This document shows positions 49,322 through 58,723 of a stretch of 64,000 nt of DNA, piece after piece; positions within the stretch are counted from its first letter, which is position 1, and each line of letters begins with the position of its first letter. Position numbers and translations under genes: made by a program. Source of the stretch: an uncultured Patescibacteria group bacterium (GTDB taxonomy: Bacteria > Patescibacteriota > Microgenomatia > UBA1400 > PJMF01); the NCBI GenBank assembly GCA_905478415.1, contig CAJQIG010000001.1, forward strand, positions 309,892 through 373,891. The letters are read 5' to 3'. Below the pieces are notes generated by a model that was not told the origin of the DNA, did no database searches, and worked only from the letters and a program-made list of their open reading frames with translations.

Positions 49322-50415
49322 TGAAACAAGACGTTCGAGATCGTATTACCGACTTACTTTCAAAATGGCAGACGCTGAAAGATGATATTGATTTGCCCAC
49401 GCTTCAAGAAAACTACTCTCAGCTTGAAGCCACCACCTATGCCACTGATTTTTGGTCACAACCAACAGCTCAAAAAACAATGCGAGATCTATCCCTCCTC
49501 AAAGAGCGAATTACAACTATCGAACACCTTCACACTATAGCTGCAGATATCCAGACTTACCAAGCTCTTTCTCTCGAAGACCCAGAATCATACGACTCAT
49601 TTGCCACGGAACTTGCGAACCTACTTACAACTTTTAAAAAAGATATTAAAACCTTCGAACTTTCAAAATACCTTCAAGGAAAATATGACCCTTCCGGGGC
49701 GCTTGTCTCGATTCACTCAGGACAGGGTGGGACCGAAGCTATGGACTGGGCAGACATGCTCAAACGCATGTACCAACGCTACTTCGAAAAAAAAGGCTGG
49801 AAAGCTACACTCATTTCTGAATCTCGTGGAGAAGAAGCGGGCATTAAATCTGCCGAGTTCGAAGTCACTGCCAACTATGCCTATGGCTATCTTAAAAATG
49901 AACGAGGAGCCCACAGACTTGTTCGCCAGAGCCCCTTTAATGCGGATAATTTGCGCCAAACATCCTTTGCCCTTGTCGAAGTGCTTCCTATTGTTGACGA
50001 AGCTGACCTAGATTTAAAAATTCCTGAAAGCGAACTCGAATGGAACTTTACCCGAGCGGGCGGAGCTGGTGGACAAAATGTTAATAAAGTAAACACCGCT
50101 GTCGAACTAACCCACACGCCAACAGGCATAGTCGTAAAATGCCGAGAAGAACGCAGTCAAATTCAAAATAAAGAACGAGCCCTCCAAAAACTCAGATCAA
50201 AATTAGCTCAGATCGAAGAGGAGAAGCGTCTGGAAGCCCTTTCGAAAGAAAAAGGAGTGCACCAAAATGCTAGCTGGGGCAACCAAATTCGCAACTACGT
50301 CCTCCACCCCTACCATTTAGTCAAGGATACCCGTACTAAAATAGAAACCAGTGATACCACGGCTGTACTTGATGGCGAACTTGACGAGTTTATTCAAGCT
50401 GAAATTCAGTTGTAA
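49321..50415 (+). CDS. prfB: Peptide chain release factor 2 (uninterrupted ORF)
   Basis: [26 protein letters not shown] and WGNQIRNY. Confidence 0.97.
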   Translation: MKQDVRDRITDLLSKWQTLKDDIDLPTLQENYSQLEATTYATDFWSQPTAQKTMRDLSLLKERITTIEHLHTIAADIQTYQALSLEDPESYDSFATELANLLTTFKKDIKTFELSKYLQGKYDPSGALVSIHSGQGGTEAMDWADMLKRMYQRYFEKKGWKATLISESRGEEAGIKSAEFEVTANYAYGYLKNERGAHRLVRQSPFNADNLRQTSFALVEVLPIVDEADLDLKIPESELEWNFTRAGGAGGQNVNKVNTAVELTHTPTGIVVKCREERSQIQNKERALQKLRSKLAQIEEEKRLEALSKEKGVHQNASWGNQIRNYVLHPYHLVKDTRTKIETSDTTAVLDGELDEFIQAEIQL

Positions 50416-50419
50416 AAAG

Positions 50420-51220
50420 CTACTGATTCTTTTTTCCTAATACATTCTTTAGCTCTTCTACGTACCCTAAAACTGCTCCTTCAAGTTTCTCTGCGGCGTG
50501 TTTCTTTTCATCTCTATCAGCCGCTGCTTTAACTTCTCTAGATAACAGTTCTATCTGCTTTTGTTTTTGCTTCAACTCTGTAACATCACGCTCCAAATCA
50601 GATCCAAGCGCATTTGTAAACTGACCTGTGTAACTAACAATACTAGCTAACAAGTTATTTTTTACTCGATTTCTCTCGAAGAAGGCAGAAAACGGCCCTC
50701 TGTATTTGCCATCAACTAACACATCAAAAACATTGCTCATACTACTTCTCCACTCTCGTCGAACGGTATGATCATCTTGATGATCAATAATGATGGGTGA
50801 ATCTAACCAATACCTAATTGACTCTACTGTCTCATCAAAAAATTCAAGTAAGTCTTCTCTATCCAGATCATCAAGATCTGAATCTTGAGTACTCTCCTGG
50901 AGTAACCGTCTACTTTCAGTAACCGAATTATCACTCAGCGTTACTCCCCAATTTATATCTGACCGAGCCTTTCCCTGAACCAAATCTCTAAAAATTACTT
51001 GACTCAACTGAGTAAAACTCGTCATTTTTTCAAGTTTAGCTCGAGTCATTGGGCTTATTTTTTCGAAAAGATCTGGATCCGAATCAATACACGTCACTAT
51101 TCGATCTGGAGAAAAAAGAAATTCTTGCTCTGGATGCTTGCTGACATAGCTAGCAACTGATCTATCCAGTGCCTCCATAGCTGGTACTACCTGGTAACCC
51201 TCTTGAGATTCTAATGTCAT
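50420..51220 (-). CDS. Hypothetical protein
   Basis: 266 aa ORF. Confidence 0.7.
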   Translation of the reverse strand: MTLESQEGYQVVPAMEALDRSVASYVSKHPEQEFLFSPDRIVTCIDSDPDLFEKISPMTRAKLEKMTSFTQLSQVIFRDLVQGKARSDINWGVTLSDNSVTESRRLLQESTQDSDLDDLDREDLLEFFDETVESIRYWLDSPIIIDHQDDHTVRREWRSSMSNVFDVLVDGKYRGPFSAFFERNRVKNNLLASIVSYTGQFTNALGSDLERDVTELKQKQKQIELLSREVKAAADRDEKKHAAEKLEGAVLGYVEELKNVLGKKNQ

Positions 51221-51362
51221 AGTAAGAGTATCTTACACGATTTACATCACTTGTAAAACTTATTAATGCTGTACGCTCCATCTTAAAATGAACAGCTGAT
51301 CTAGTAAAAACAGACAAAACAGCCTGTACACAAGTTGTGTTCTATTCTGCTATACTGGACGC

Positions 51363-51953
51363 ATGCAAAAACTAAATCTCTCTAAACCCACGCAGAGTGA
51401 AGACGAAATATCGGTTGACTCAGGTGTGCTTGTGGCAGATAATGTGGACTCTGAAGGCGATGACAGTGAGTACGCAGTAGAAATTCCCACGCTTTCAGTA
51501 CAAGAACCCATGAAAAAATCTCAAAAAACTTTTTTCGTATTTGCCTTTGTAGCCGTCTTTTTAGGCGTCGTGACTGGATTTAGTGGCTATAAGCTGTATG
51601 CCAGCTCAAACACAACTGGCAAGCAAACAAGTGAGGATGTCCCAACCGTGGTCGAAGGAAAAATCAAAAAAGGCGATGTCTTTGGCAGTAATAGCGAAAC
51701 CTTCAAAGATACTGCAAAAGGTTACCTCGAAGGTGGCGGCTTTGATGCCGAAGGCTCACACAAACTTCTTCGTCCAGGTGGTGAAACACAAACGGTCTAC
51801 TTAACCTCTTCAGTCACTGACCTCAGTGAGTTCGAGGGCATGGAAATTGAAATTTGGGGAGAAACCTTCCAAGGACAGAATGTTGGCTGGCTGATGGATG
51901 TTGGTCGAGTTAAAGTCCTCGAGACTGAGGCTGAAGCTCCATCAGAAAACTAG
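51363..51953 (+). CDS. Hypothetical single-TM protein
   Basis: TM followed by a G.H.L.R.GG..Q.VYLTSS..DL...GWLMDVG domain. Confidence 0.75.
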   Translation: MQKLNLSKPTQSEDEISVDSGVLVADNVDSEGDDSEYAVEIPTLSVQEPMKKSQKTFFVFAFVAVFLGVVTGFSGYKLYASSNTTGKQTSEDVPTVVEGKIKKGDVFGSNSETFKDTAKGYLEGGGFDAEGSHKLLRPGGETQTVYLTSSVTDLSEFEGMEIEIWGETFQGQNVGWLMDVGRVKVLETEAEAPSEN

Positions 51954-52088
51954 TTTTCACTCACTATTCGTTTTTTATCTACCTTTTCTGTGTTATCTAA
52001 CACTACATGTTGTGGTTTGCTACCTCAAGAAACCAGAGTATTTTCCCATTGCCTTTGAATCTGGAAGAAGTTATAGTGAGAGTGTTAT

Positions 52089-53207
52089 ATGATAGTCTTC
52101 AAGTCCGTTTACAAGACTTTTGACCCAGATGAGTCAGGAGTTAAAGATATTTCTTTCCATGTTAAACCTGGAGAGCTGGTTATGGTGACCGGACATTCTG
52201 GTAGTGGAAAAACTACGCTGATGCGCCTGCTCACCAAAGAATATACTCCTAATAAAGGTGATATTGAGTTTGATGGTGAAAATCTCAGCAAAATCAAGCG
52301 AAGCCGGCTGCATGAGCATCGTCGCAAGATTGGAGTCGTATTTCAAGATTATCGTCTCGTTCCCGAAATGAATGTCTGGGAAAACATAGCCCTACCACTT
52401 TCAATTTTAGGTAAAACTCAAGATGAAATTGAAGAACGTGTCACTGATCTCCTCAACTTGGTCCAACTGACTCAAAAAGCCCACCTCTTCCCTAGTCAAT
52501 TATCTGGAGGTGAAGCACAACGAATCAGTATCGCCCGTGCGCTTGCCATTGCCCCCAGCGTTATTTTTGCTGACGAACCAACAGGCAATCTTGACCAAGA
52601 CACGTCACTTTCCATTGCCCAACTCCTCAAACAAATTAATGAACTTGGCACCACACTTATTTTTGCTACTCACGATCCTAAAGTACTCTCGGTCTTCGCC
52701 GACAAACGTCATCTCCACTTGAAAGAAGGTGCATTAGCATTTGATACTGCCGAGAAAGCATCAGAAAAATCCAAAAAGAAAGCTTCAAAAGAAGATACAG
52801 AAGAAAAAACTGATACCTCAGCTGAAGAGCTTGATGAGAAAGTAGAAACTAAAAAGCCAGATTCCTCTCAAGAAGATACAGACAAGGAATCAGAACGTGA
52901 CGAAGAATCAGTTGAAGCAGATTCAAAAGATCTTGAAGAAAAACAGAAAAAGACCCGTGCCACTGGTTTTTGGAGTCGTTTCTTCAAACCAAAGGAAGCT
53001 ACAAAGTCCATTGAAACAACACCTGAAAACGACGAAATGGATGAAGATACTGAAAAAGAGGGTGACACTGCCAGCGAAGAAGATTCCAAAGAAACCGCAG
53101 ATTCTTCTCAAGAAGAAACAAATTCCGAAGATACTAAAGAACCCAAAGAAGCTAAAAAAACTAAGAAAACCAGAAAGAAAAAAGTACCTAAAAAGAAAAA
53201 GGCATAG
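52089..53207 (+). CDS. ftsE: Cell division ATP-binding protein FtsE with long charged tail
   Basis: GHSGSGKTT, RRKIGVVFQDYRL, LSGGE.QR and ADEPTGNLD; upstream of ftsX. Confidence 0.92.
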   Translation: MIVFKSVYKTFDPDESGVKDISFHVKPGELVMVTGHSGSGKTTLMRLLTKEYTPNKGDIEFDGENLSKIKRSRLHEHRRKIGVVFQDYRLVPEMNVWENIALPLSILGKTQDEIEERVTDLLNLVQLTQKAHLFPSQLSGGEAQRISIARALAIAPSVIFADEPTGNLDQDTSLSIAQLLKQINELGTTLIFATHDPKVLSVFADKRHLHLKEGALAFDTAEKASEKSKKKASKEDTEEKTDTSAEELDEKVETKKPDSSQEDTDKESERDEESVEADSKDLEEKQKKTRATGFWSRFFKPKEATKSIETTPENDEMDEDTEKEGDTASEEDSKETADSSQEETNSEDTKEPKEAKKTKKTRKKKVPKKKKA

Positions 53208-53219
53208 AAACGATCTCTC

Positions 53220-54089
53220 ATGAATGCTCTCACCTCTGCCCTCACCACCATCCGTCGCTCTCCCTACCAGGCTCTCGTCTCAATTCTGATGGTCTCGGTT
53301 ACCTTTTTTGTTGTCTACATGTTCAGTTTTTTTGTGGCTGGAACGCAAAAAGTCCTCACCTACTTCGAAACACAGCCACAAGTTATTGCTTTTTTTGAAC
53401 TGGAAACCCCAGAAACTAGCATCACCGCACTTGAGAAAAAAATGACTGAGCAGTGGTATGTTGACTCAGTCAAAGTTGTTACTCAAGATGAAGCCCTTAA
53501 AATCTATCAAGAAGATAATAAAAATGATCCTCTTCTCCTTGAGTTAGTCACGGCAGATATTCTCCCAGCCAGCATCGAAGTAGCTGCTAAGGATCTTGAT
53601 TCTCTCGTCCTGGTCAAAGAAGAACTTGAAAAAGCTTCTGATGTCGAAGACGTCGAGTACCAAGAAGGCATTGTTGAAACGCTCTCATCTTGGACTGCAT
53701 CAGTTCGCACTATTGGCATCGTTGCAATCTTTACCCTTTCGACTATTTCGTTCTTAATTATCATGGTCATCATCGCCATCAAAGCCACACATAAACGCAA
53801 TACCATTAAGATTATGCGCTTTATTGGAGCCACTTCTTGGTACATTAAAGCTCCGTTTGTGGTCGAAGGCATGCTGTATGGCATCATGGGCTCAGTACTT
53901 GGTTTTGGAGCAACTGTAGCCACCCTCATGTATAGTTCTCCCTGGATTTCAGAGTTTCTCGGCGATATTCAGATTTTTCCAATCCCAACAGAACTTTTTG
54001 CTATCCAAGTAGGTGTTGGAACTCTAGGAGGCATAGTTCTCGGTGGCTTTGCCGGACTGTTAGCAGTCCAACGACTCATTAAACAATAA
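53220..54089 (+). CDS. ftsX: Cell division permease FtsX
   Basis: LPASIEV and IMR.IGAT.WYI.APF.VEG. Confidence 0.92.
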   Translation: MNALTSALTTIRRSPYQALVSILMVSVTFFVVYMFSFFVAGTQKVLTYFETQPQVIAFFELETPETSITALEKKMTEQWYVDSVKVVTQDEALKIYQEDNKNDPLLLELVTADILPASIEVAAKDLDSLVLVKEELEKASDVEDVEYQEGIVETLSSWTASVRTIGIVAIFTLSTISFLIIMVIIAIKATHKRNTIKIMRFIGATSWYIKAPFVVEGMLYGIMGSVLGFGATVATLMYSSPWISEFLGDIQIFPIPTELFAIQVGVGTLGGIVLGGFAGLLAVQRLIKQ

Positions 54090-54094
54090 TTCTT

Positions 54095-55393
54095 ATGAAG
54101 AAACTCCACACTTCCACCCTCATCACTTTGAGTACTGTGGCTGACCAAGTTTGGCGCGGAATGTTGTTAGTGATGTTGCTTCTCTTCTTTGGCTTTTCTC
54201 TTTCTGTTAGCGCTCAGCCAGTAACTGCGGCGGCTTGTGACGAATACAGCTGTAATAAGGACGATGAGACTGATGTTTACTTAAAGTGTATTTCTGAAAA
54301 AAAGTCCTGTGTAGAGGACCAACTCGATGTCATTTCGGAAGAAAAGAACACCCTCACCAGCACCATCAGCCTTCTCAATGGACGAGTTCGCGTTCAAGAA
54401 CTCCAGATCTACCAAACGGTAGCTGAAATCGATGCACTCGAAAAACAAATCACTGAACTCGAGGAGCGAATCGGCGGCCTCAATATTTCGCTCGATCGAT
54501 TAACTACTCTACTTGTCAACAGAATTCGCACCCAGTACAAGCGTAACCGCATTTCTCCGATCGCCCTCTTCACCTCCGCTCAGGGCTTCAATCAGGTCTT
54601 AACGCAGTATAAATACATCGGCCAAGCAGGAGAGCAAACGGCTAAAGCCATGAGCTTAGCCGAGTCGCAACGTATTCTCTACGACGATCAAAAAGCTCTC
54701 AAAGAAGAAAAACAGTATGAGTTCCAGAGCAAAACTACGCAGCTTAAAAACGAAAAAGCAGAACTCGATCGTCAAAAATCCGAACAACAAACCCTCTTAG
54801 CCAGTACCGAAAATAATGAAAGTAAATACCAACAACTCCTAGCCGAAGCTCAAAAAGAGCTCCAACAAATTGCCAATGCTGCAAATATTGTTATCCGAGA
54901 CGGCAACGGTGTACCAGTTAAAAAAGGTGAAACTATTGGTACCATGGGAAACTCTGGCTTCTCTACTGGAGCACATCTTCACTTTGGCGTCTATAAATAC
55001 AGTGCCGAAGAATTCCAAGATACCTCCGAGTGGAGTTGGTACTACAGCAACTACATTAACCCTGTTGATAAACTCGAGTCTACCTCTGTAACCTGGGATA
55101 CTAGCTGTAGCTATAACCCAAGTGGCACCCAAAATTCTGGTGGAGGTAGCTGGCGCTGGCCAATGAACGATGTCCGCATTACCCAAGGCTATGGATCTAA
55201 CACCTGCTACAACTGGATGTACGGCAACAAGCCACATCCTGCTATCGATATTGTTGGCATGGGCTCAAAGTCTGTGATGTCTGTTGCAGACGGCGAAGCC
55301 TACTTCTGCCGTAACTGTCTTGGCGATGGTGGAAACGGTGTCTTTGTCTTCCATGATGATAACTACATGACGTTGTACTGGCACTTAAAGTAG
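54095..55393 (+). CDS. Secreted coiled-coil (PcsB/EnvC-like) protein with permuted M23 peptidase domain
   Basis: Signal region, coiled coil, GNSGFSTGAHLHF, then WP...HPAID...YWHL. Confidence 0.85.
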   Translation: MKKLHTSTLITLSTVADQVWRGMLLVMLLLFFGFSLSVSAQPVTAAACDEYSCNKDDETDVYLKCISEKKSCVEDQLDVISEEKNTLTSTISLLNGRVRVQELQIYQTVAEIDALEKQITELEERIGGLNISLDRLTTLLVNRIRTQYKRNRISPIALFTSAQGFNQVLTQYKYIGQAGEQTAKAMSLAESQRILYDDQKALKEEKQYEFQSKTTQLKNEKAELDRQKSEQQTLLASTENNESKYQQLLAEAQKELQQIANAANIVIRDGNGVPVKKGETIGTMGNSGFSTGAHLHFGVYKYSAEEFQDTSEWSWYYSNYINPVDKLESTSVTWDTSCSYNPSGTQNSGGGSWRWPMNDVRITQGYGSNTCYNWMYGNKPHPAIDIVGMGSKSVMSVADGEAYFCRNCLGDGGNGVFVFHDDNYMTLYWHLK

Positions 55394-55440
55394 CTATCTC
55401 AAGCCAGTTTTTCCTTCATTTTGAATAAATCCTATAACTA

Positions 55441-55469
55441 TTGACAACGTGATGTACTGGTGATATACT
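55441..55469 (+). promoter_or_regulatory. sigma70 promoter
   Basis: TTGACA-17 nt-TATACT. Confidence 0.8.
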
Positions 55470-55547
55470 TTGTATCAGTAATAACAGCAGATCCTTTGTT
55501 GGCCTTACAACCAACCGACTTCGCGATTCTGCATAAAGGAGTAACAC

Positions 55548-55883
55548 ATGAAAGCATTAAAAATCACCTTAGCAGGTGTGCTTGCTACAGCAGTTATGCT
55601 GAGCTTCTCAAGTGCTGTTTCTGCAGACACCGCTGAGCAATCTCAATCTGCTGATCAAACAGTTACAGTCAAATGTACTACTGGTTCTTATGGACAAGAT
55701 TCAACTTGTGAAGCATCCGGTGAACAGTCTCTTGAACAAAATCAAAAGATTGAGTACACAACTGTACTTGGCAAAACCCATGTTCCTGCTGACACCGCTC
55801 TCGATTTTGGTACTGCATCTGCAGCTGCCATGAGCATGATCACAGGCGCTGGCGCCTTTCTTCTTAAGAAGAAAATTGCCTAA
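55548..55883 (+). CDS. Small secreted protein with C-terminal sorting-signal-like tail
   Basis: Signal peptide; HVPADTA, then hydrophobic stretch, then KKK. Confidence 0.8.
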   Translation: MKALKITLAGVLATAVMLSFSSAVSADTAEQSQSADQTVTVKCTTGSYGQDSTCEASGEQSLEQNQKIEYTTVLGKTHVPADTALDFGTASAAAMSMITGAGAFLLKKKIA

Positions 55884-55903
55884 TTTATTTTAACTAATAA
55901 CTC

Positions 55904-55932
55904 AAAAAAGCCTCCTACTTGGAGGCTTTTTT
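55904..55932 (+). terminator. Intrinsic terminator (bidirectional form)
   Basis: aaaaaagcctcc-tactt-ggaggctttttt. Confidence 0.9.
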
Positions 55933-55946
55933 AGTGGTCCTCTTGA

Positions 55947-55975
55947 TTGACAACTCTCTCATAATATCCTATAAT
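55947..55975 (+). promoter_or_regulatory. Consensus sigma70 promoter
   Basis: TTGACA-17 nt-TATAAT. Confidence 0.85.
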
Positions 55976-56069
55976 TAATATATGTGACATAGCTTATGAT
56001 GTATATCAAAAAGACGTGTCACTATTGCTATTTAACTTAATTGATTTTTTTGCCCTTTAGGAGGCTATC

Positions 56070-56873
56070 TTGACTAAAAAAAATGTCCACAAAACAAAAA
56101 GCCAAGGATGGATTAAACGATTCATGGCTTTTTCGGACAAACCAGCAATCCAAGTGATTGCTCCATTTTTATTCGTCTGGATGTTTACCCTCTCGTTTGG
56201 GCAACTCCAGTTTGGCATCGCCATGACCTTGAGCATGGTTCTCCATGAGCTTGGCCATGCCTATGTCTTGAAAGAGAATGGAATCCTCTGGAAAATTCTG
56301 TGGCTGTTCCCCCTCGGGGCAGTAGCCGCACCGCTGAATGAGGCGGAAAACAAAAGATCAGACTTGCTTGCCTGGTGGAAATTAACCTGGTTAATGCTGG
56401 CTGGACCAGCTGTAAATGTTGGTTTGATGTTTGTGGGTGTGCTTCTAACTAGTATTAATCCTGTCTGGAGCGCAGCCTTGATCACAACTAATGGATATCT
56501 GTTAGTGATTAACTTGATTCCAGTTGGGTCTTTAGACGCAGGTCAACATTTCAAACTCATCTTTACGTCTCTCAATGAGCGTGAAGAGAAAGTGCTGTTG
56601 ACTTTCTTCGCCGCTATTATGGTTGTGTTTTTCGGCCTTTTGTCCTGGAGTGGGTATGGATCTATCCTTTTGACTCTGGTCATGAACATTGGCTGGGTGG
56701 CACTAATCCCCATCATTGTGATTGCCGTTTTTTCGGCCTCAATGAAAGATGATGAGACTTTGTCTGAATCCCCTTTAGCCATGACCAACACTCAAGCCGC
56801 CATTGCGACTTTGTCGTATATGGGCTTAGTTCTAGCCATGTTGGTCATGTGGGTTGGACCGCTGGTGCTCTAA
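56070..56873 (+). CDS. Site-2 protease (M50 family)
   Basis: HELGH, LAGPAVN and NLIP..SLDAG; AGGAGG RBS, TTG start. Confidence 0.9.
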   Translation: MTKKNVHKTKSQGWIKRFMAFSDKPAIQVIAPFLFVWMFTLSFGQLQFGIAMTLSMVLHELGHAYVLKENGILWKILWLFPLGAVAAPLNEAENKRSDLLAWWKLTWLMLAGPAVNVGLMFVGVLLTSINPVWSAALITTNGYLLVINLIPVGSLDAGQHFKLIFTSLNEREEKVLLTFFAAIMVVFFGLLSWSGYGSILLTLVMNIGWVALIPIIVIAVFSASMKDDETLSESPLAMTNTQAAIATLSYMGLVLAMLVMWVGPLVL

Positions 56874-56891
56874 CAAAATCAAATAAGTTAG

Positions 56892-56920
56892 AAAGACCCT
56901 TCAAATTGAAGGGTCTTTTT
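56892..56920 (+). terminator. Intrinsic terminator
   Basis: aaagacccttca-aat-tgaagggtcttttt. Confidence 0.9.
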
Positions 56921-56939
56921 GCTTTTAAGTCCTATAGTA

Positions 56940-56968
56940 TTGACAATTCGCAATGATGGTGTTATAAT
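56940..56968 (+). promoter_or_regulatory. Consensus sigma70 promoter with extended -10
   Basis: TTGACA-17 nt-TATAAT with TGn. Confidence 0.85.
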
Positions 56969-56974
56969 GTACGT

Positions 56975-57508
56975 ATTAGTGATATACAACTATTACTAAG
57001 ATACAACCAACCTTACATACTTTTTTTCCTAAATGTTGGTTGCAAACCGAACTTTGATTATTGTTGATAGATGCTTGGCATTCACGAATGCTCTTCACCT
57101 GTCAACATACCGCCCGAAGGCATTGCTGCTTTCACTGGTGGGTGCGACAGAAGACGTTTCTAAGTTTACTTAGAAACTGAACCTTAACAGGTATACAGAA
57201 ATATAAAAATTGAATGAACACTATACGTGTATCGTTTCTTTTTCTCCGTGGTTTTATTTTTAACTCTCTCTTTTGTTGGTTTCCGTGTGGCCCACAGTGG
57301 GCGCGTACTGGTTGTAACGTGCTCGCTGTGGGCTGCAGGGCCCTTCAGAAATTTTTAGAACGGAAGGTCATCCGTCAAATGACCCTTGGCTTTCCGCCAA
57401 GTTCTTATTTTTCATCTGGCTCTGCAGCCCGCAGGACCAGGACTTATTGAAAATGTTGAAAAAATGCCCCATCCTTGGGCAATAATTTCCATTGGAGGAA
57501 ATAAAAAA
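56975..57508 (+). ncRNA. Candidate long structured leader / ncRNA
   Basis: At least nine hairpins between the promoter and ATG 57509; no known family recognised. Confidence 0.45.
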
Positions 57509-58630
57509 ATGAAGCGTACTAGCATTTTGTTCCTATTTTTAATCTTATCAACTATCGCGTTAACAGCATGTGACTGGCGTTTACGGTCACCAATCGTCAA
57601 GGAAACGCCGGCCCCCTATGTTGTAACTCCCGAACCCACCCCAGTGGTGGTGAAAGAATACTGGAGTCCTACTGAAGGGGCCACGTGGAACCATTTAACT
57701 GAAGACGCAGATTACCAAGAATATGAAAATTTGGTAATTCCTGTCTGTGGCCCAGTCGGATACCCAGATGAAGCAGAAGTTAAAGTTATCCGTGGTGGTC
57801 AAGATGGTAAGGATGTAAGCGTGTTTTTCAACTGTAATCTGTTCCGCACACACGTGCTGGGACTGCCTACATTGGCTGAAATTTACGAAAGCACTCCTGA
57901 ACCAATTGACAACAGCATCGAAGCTGAAGCCAACTCCTGCCCCGAAGACGCCGATATGATCGAAACCGCACTGGCCGATGGCTATGTGCACTTCGTGTTT
58001 GATGGCGAATCTGTTTCGTGGGACCCCTGCAAGTGGCACGGGTACACGGAAGACGGGTTGACGCTGGAAAATGCTGATTGGCAAGCAACCGTTGTGTTGC
58101 ATGATGGCGACGAGCAATCTGACCCCATCGTGTGGCGCGGCCCAGCTGAAATTGACGGCAACGTCAGCTTCACCCTCCGCTATATCGGCGAGGGCAGCGG
58201 CTATGCTGCTGACCACTGGGTCAACAATGACTGCCAGCTCCTGATTCAAGAATACGCATTCGGATTGCGCCGAGAGAACTGGGATTATCCCACTTTCGAA
58301 GGCAACGTTACCTGTGATGCTCTTGATGACCTTTTGGCCAACGAAGTTGACGTCAACGACCTCCCCAACGCCTACACAATCGCAGCCGTTTTCGGTGGCG
58401 AGTCCCCCATGTGGACAGTGAAAGATTGGGAAGGCGGCGCGCATTTGTTTGCCGCCGGCGAACATGCTGATGGCAGCATGAACTTCATCAAGCTTGAGGT
58501 CCCCAGCTGGGCCGACAGCTGTGAGATTGATTATTGGAATGGCGAGACAGGCGCTGCTGACAAGCTGATGCCCGGCGACCCCGGCATCTCCTTGAACGAA
58601 GCGTCCCTGCACTGTCACGCGGACCAATAA
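57509..58630 (+). CDS. Acidic lipoprotein of unknown function
   Basis: GGAGG RBS; MKR..lipobox LTAC; Pro/Thr linker; GC-rich codons. Confidence 0.8.
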   Translation: MKRTSILFLFLILSTIALTACDWRLRSPIVKETPAPYVVTPEPTPVVVKEYWSPTEGATWNHLTEDADYQEYENLVIPVCGPVGYPDEAEVKVIRGGQDGKDVSVFFNCNLFRTHVLGLPTLAEIYESTPEPIDNSIEAEANSCPEDADMIETALADGYVHFVFDGESVSWDPCKWHGYTEDGLTLENADWQATVVLHDGDEQSDPIVWRGPAEIDGNVSFTLRYIGEGSGYAADHWVNNDCQLLIQEYAFGLRRENWDYPTFEGNVTCDALDDLLANEVDVNDLPNAYTIAAVFGGESPMWTVKDWEGGAHLFAAGEHADGSMNFIKLEVPSWADSCEIDYWNGETGAADKLMPGDPGISLNEASLHCHADQ

Positions 58631-58652
58631 ATAATTTTTTCTGTATAACCTG

Positions 58653-58683
58653 TTGCCCCGACGCTTTTAAAGTGTCGGGGCAA
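58653..58683 (+). terminator. Hairpin after lipoprotein gene, probable terminator
   Basis: ttgccccgacgc-ttttaaa-gtgtcggggcaa. Confidence 0.65.
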
Positions 58684-58723
58684 TACCAGAGTTCATAATT
58701 ACTTTGTAATTGTGGCCTGTGGT

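Noticed and set aside
57093-57153. SRP RNA or a known riboswitch
   Set aside because: Lacks the SRP helix-8 CAGG..GRAA..AGCAG arrangement and the signature motifs of riboswitches I can recognise.
57214-57450. 78 aa ORF inside the structured leader
   Set aside because: No SD, atypical composition, and it runs through hairpins; not excluded but unsupported.
57695-58627. 310 aa antisense ORF
   Set aside because: Shadow of the GC-rich lipoprotein gene; no RBS or recognisable motifs.
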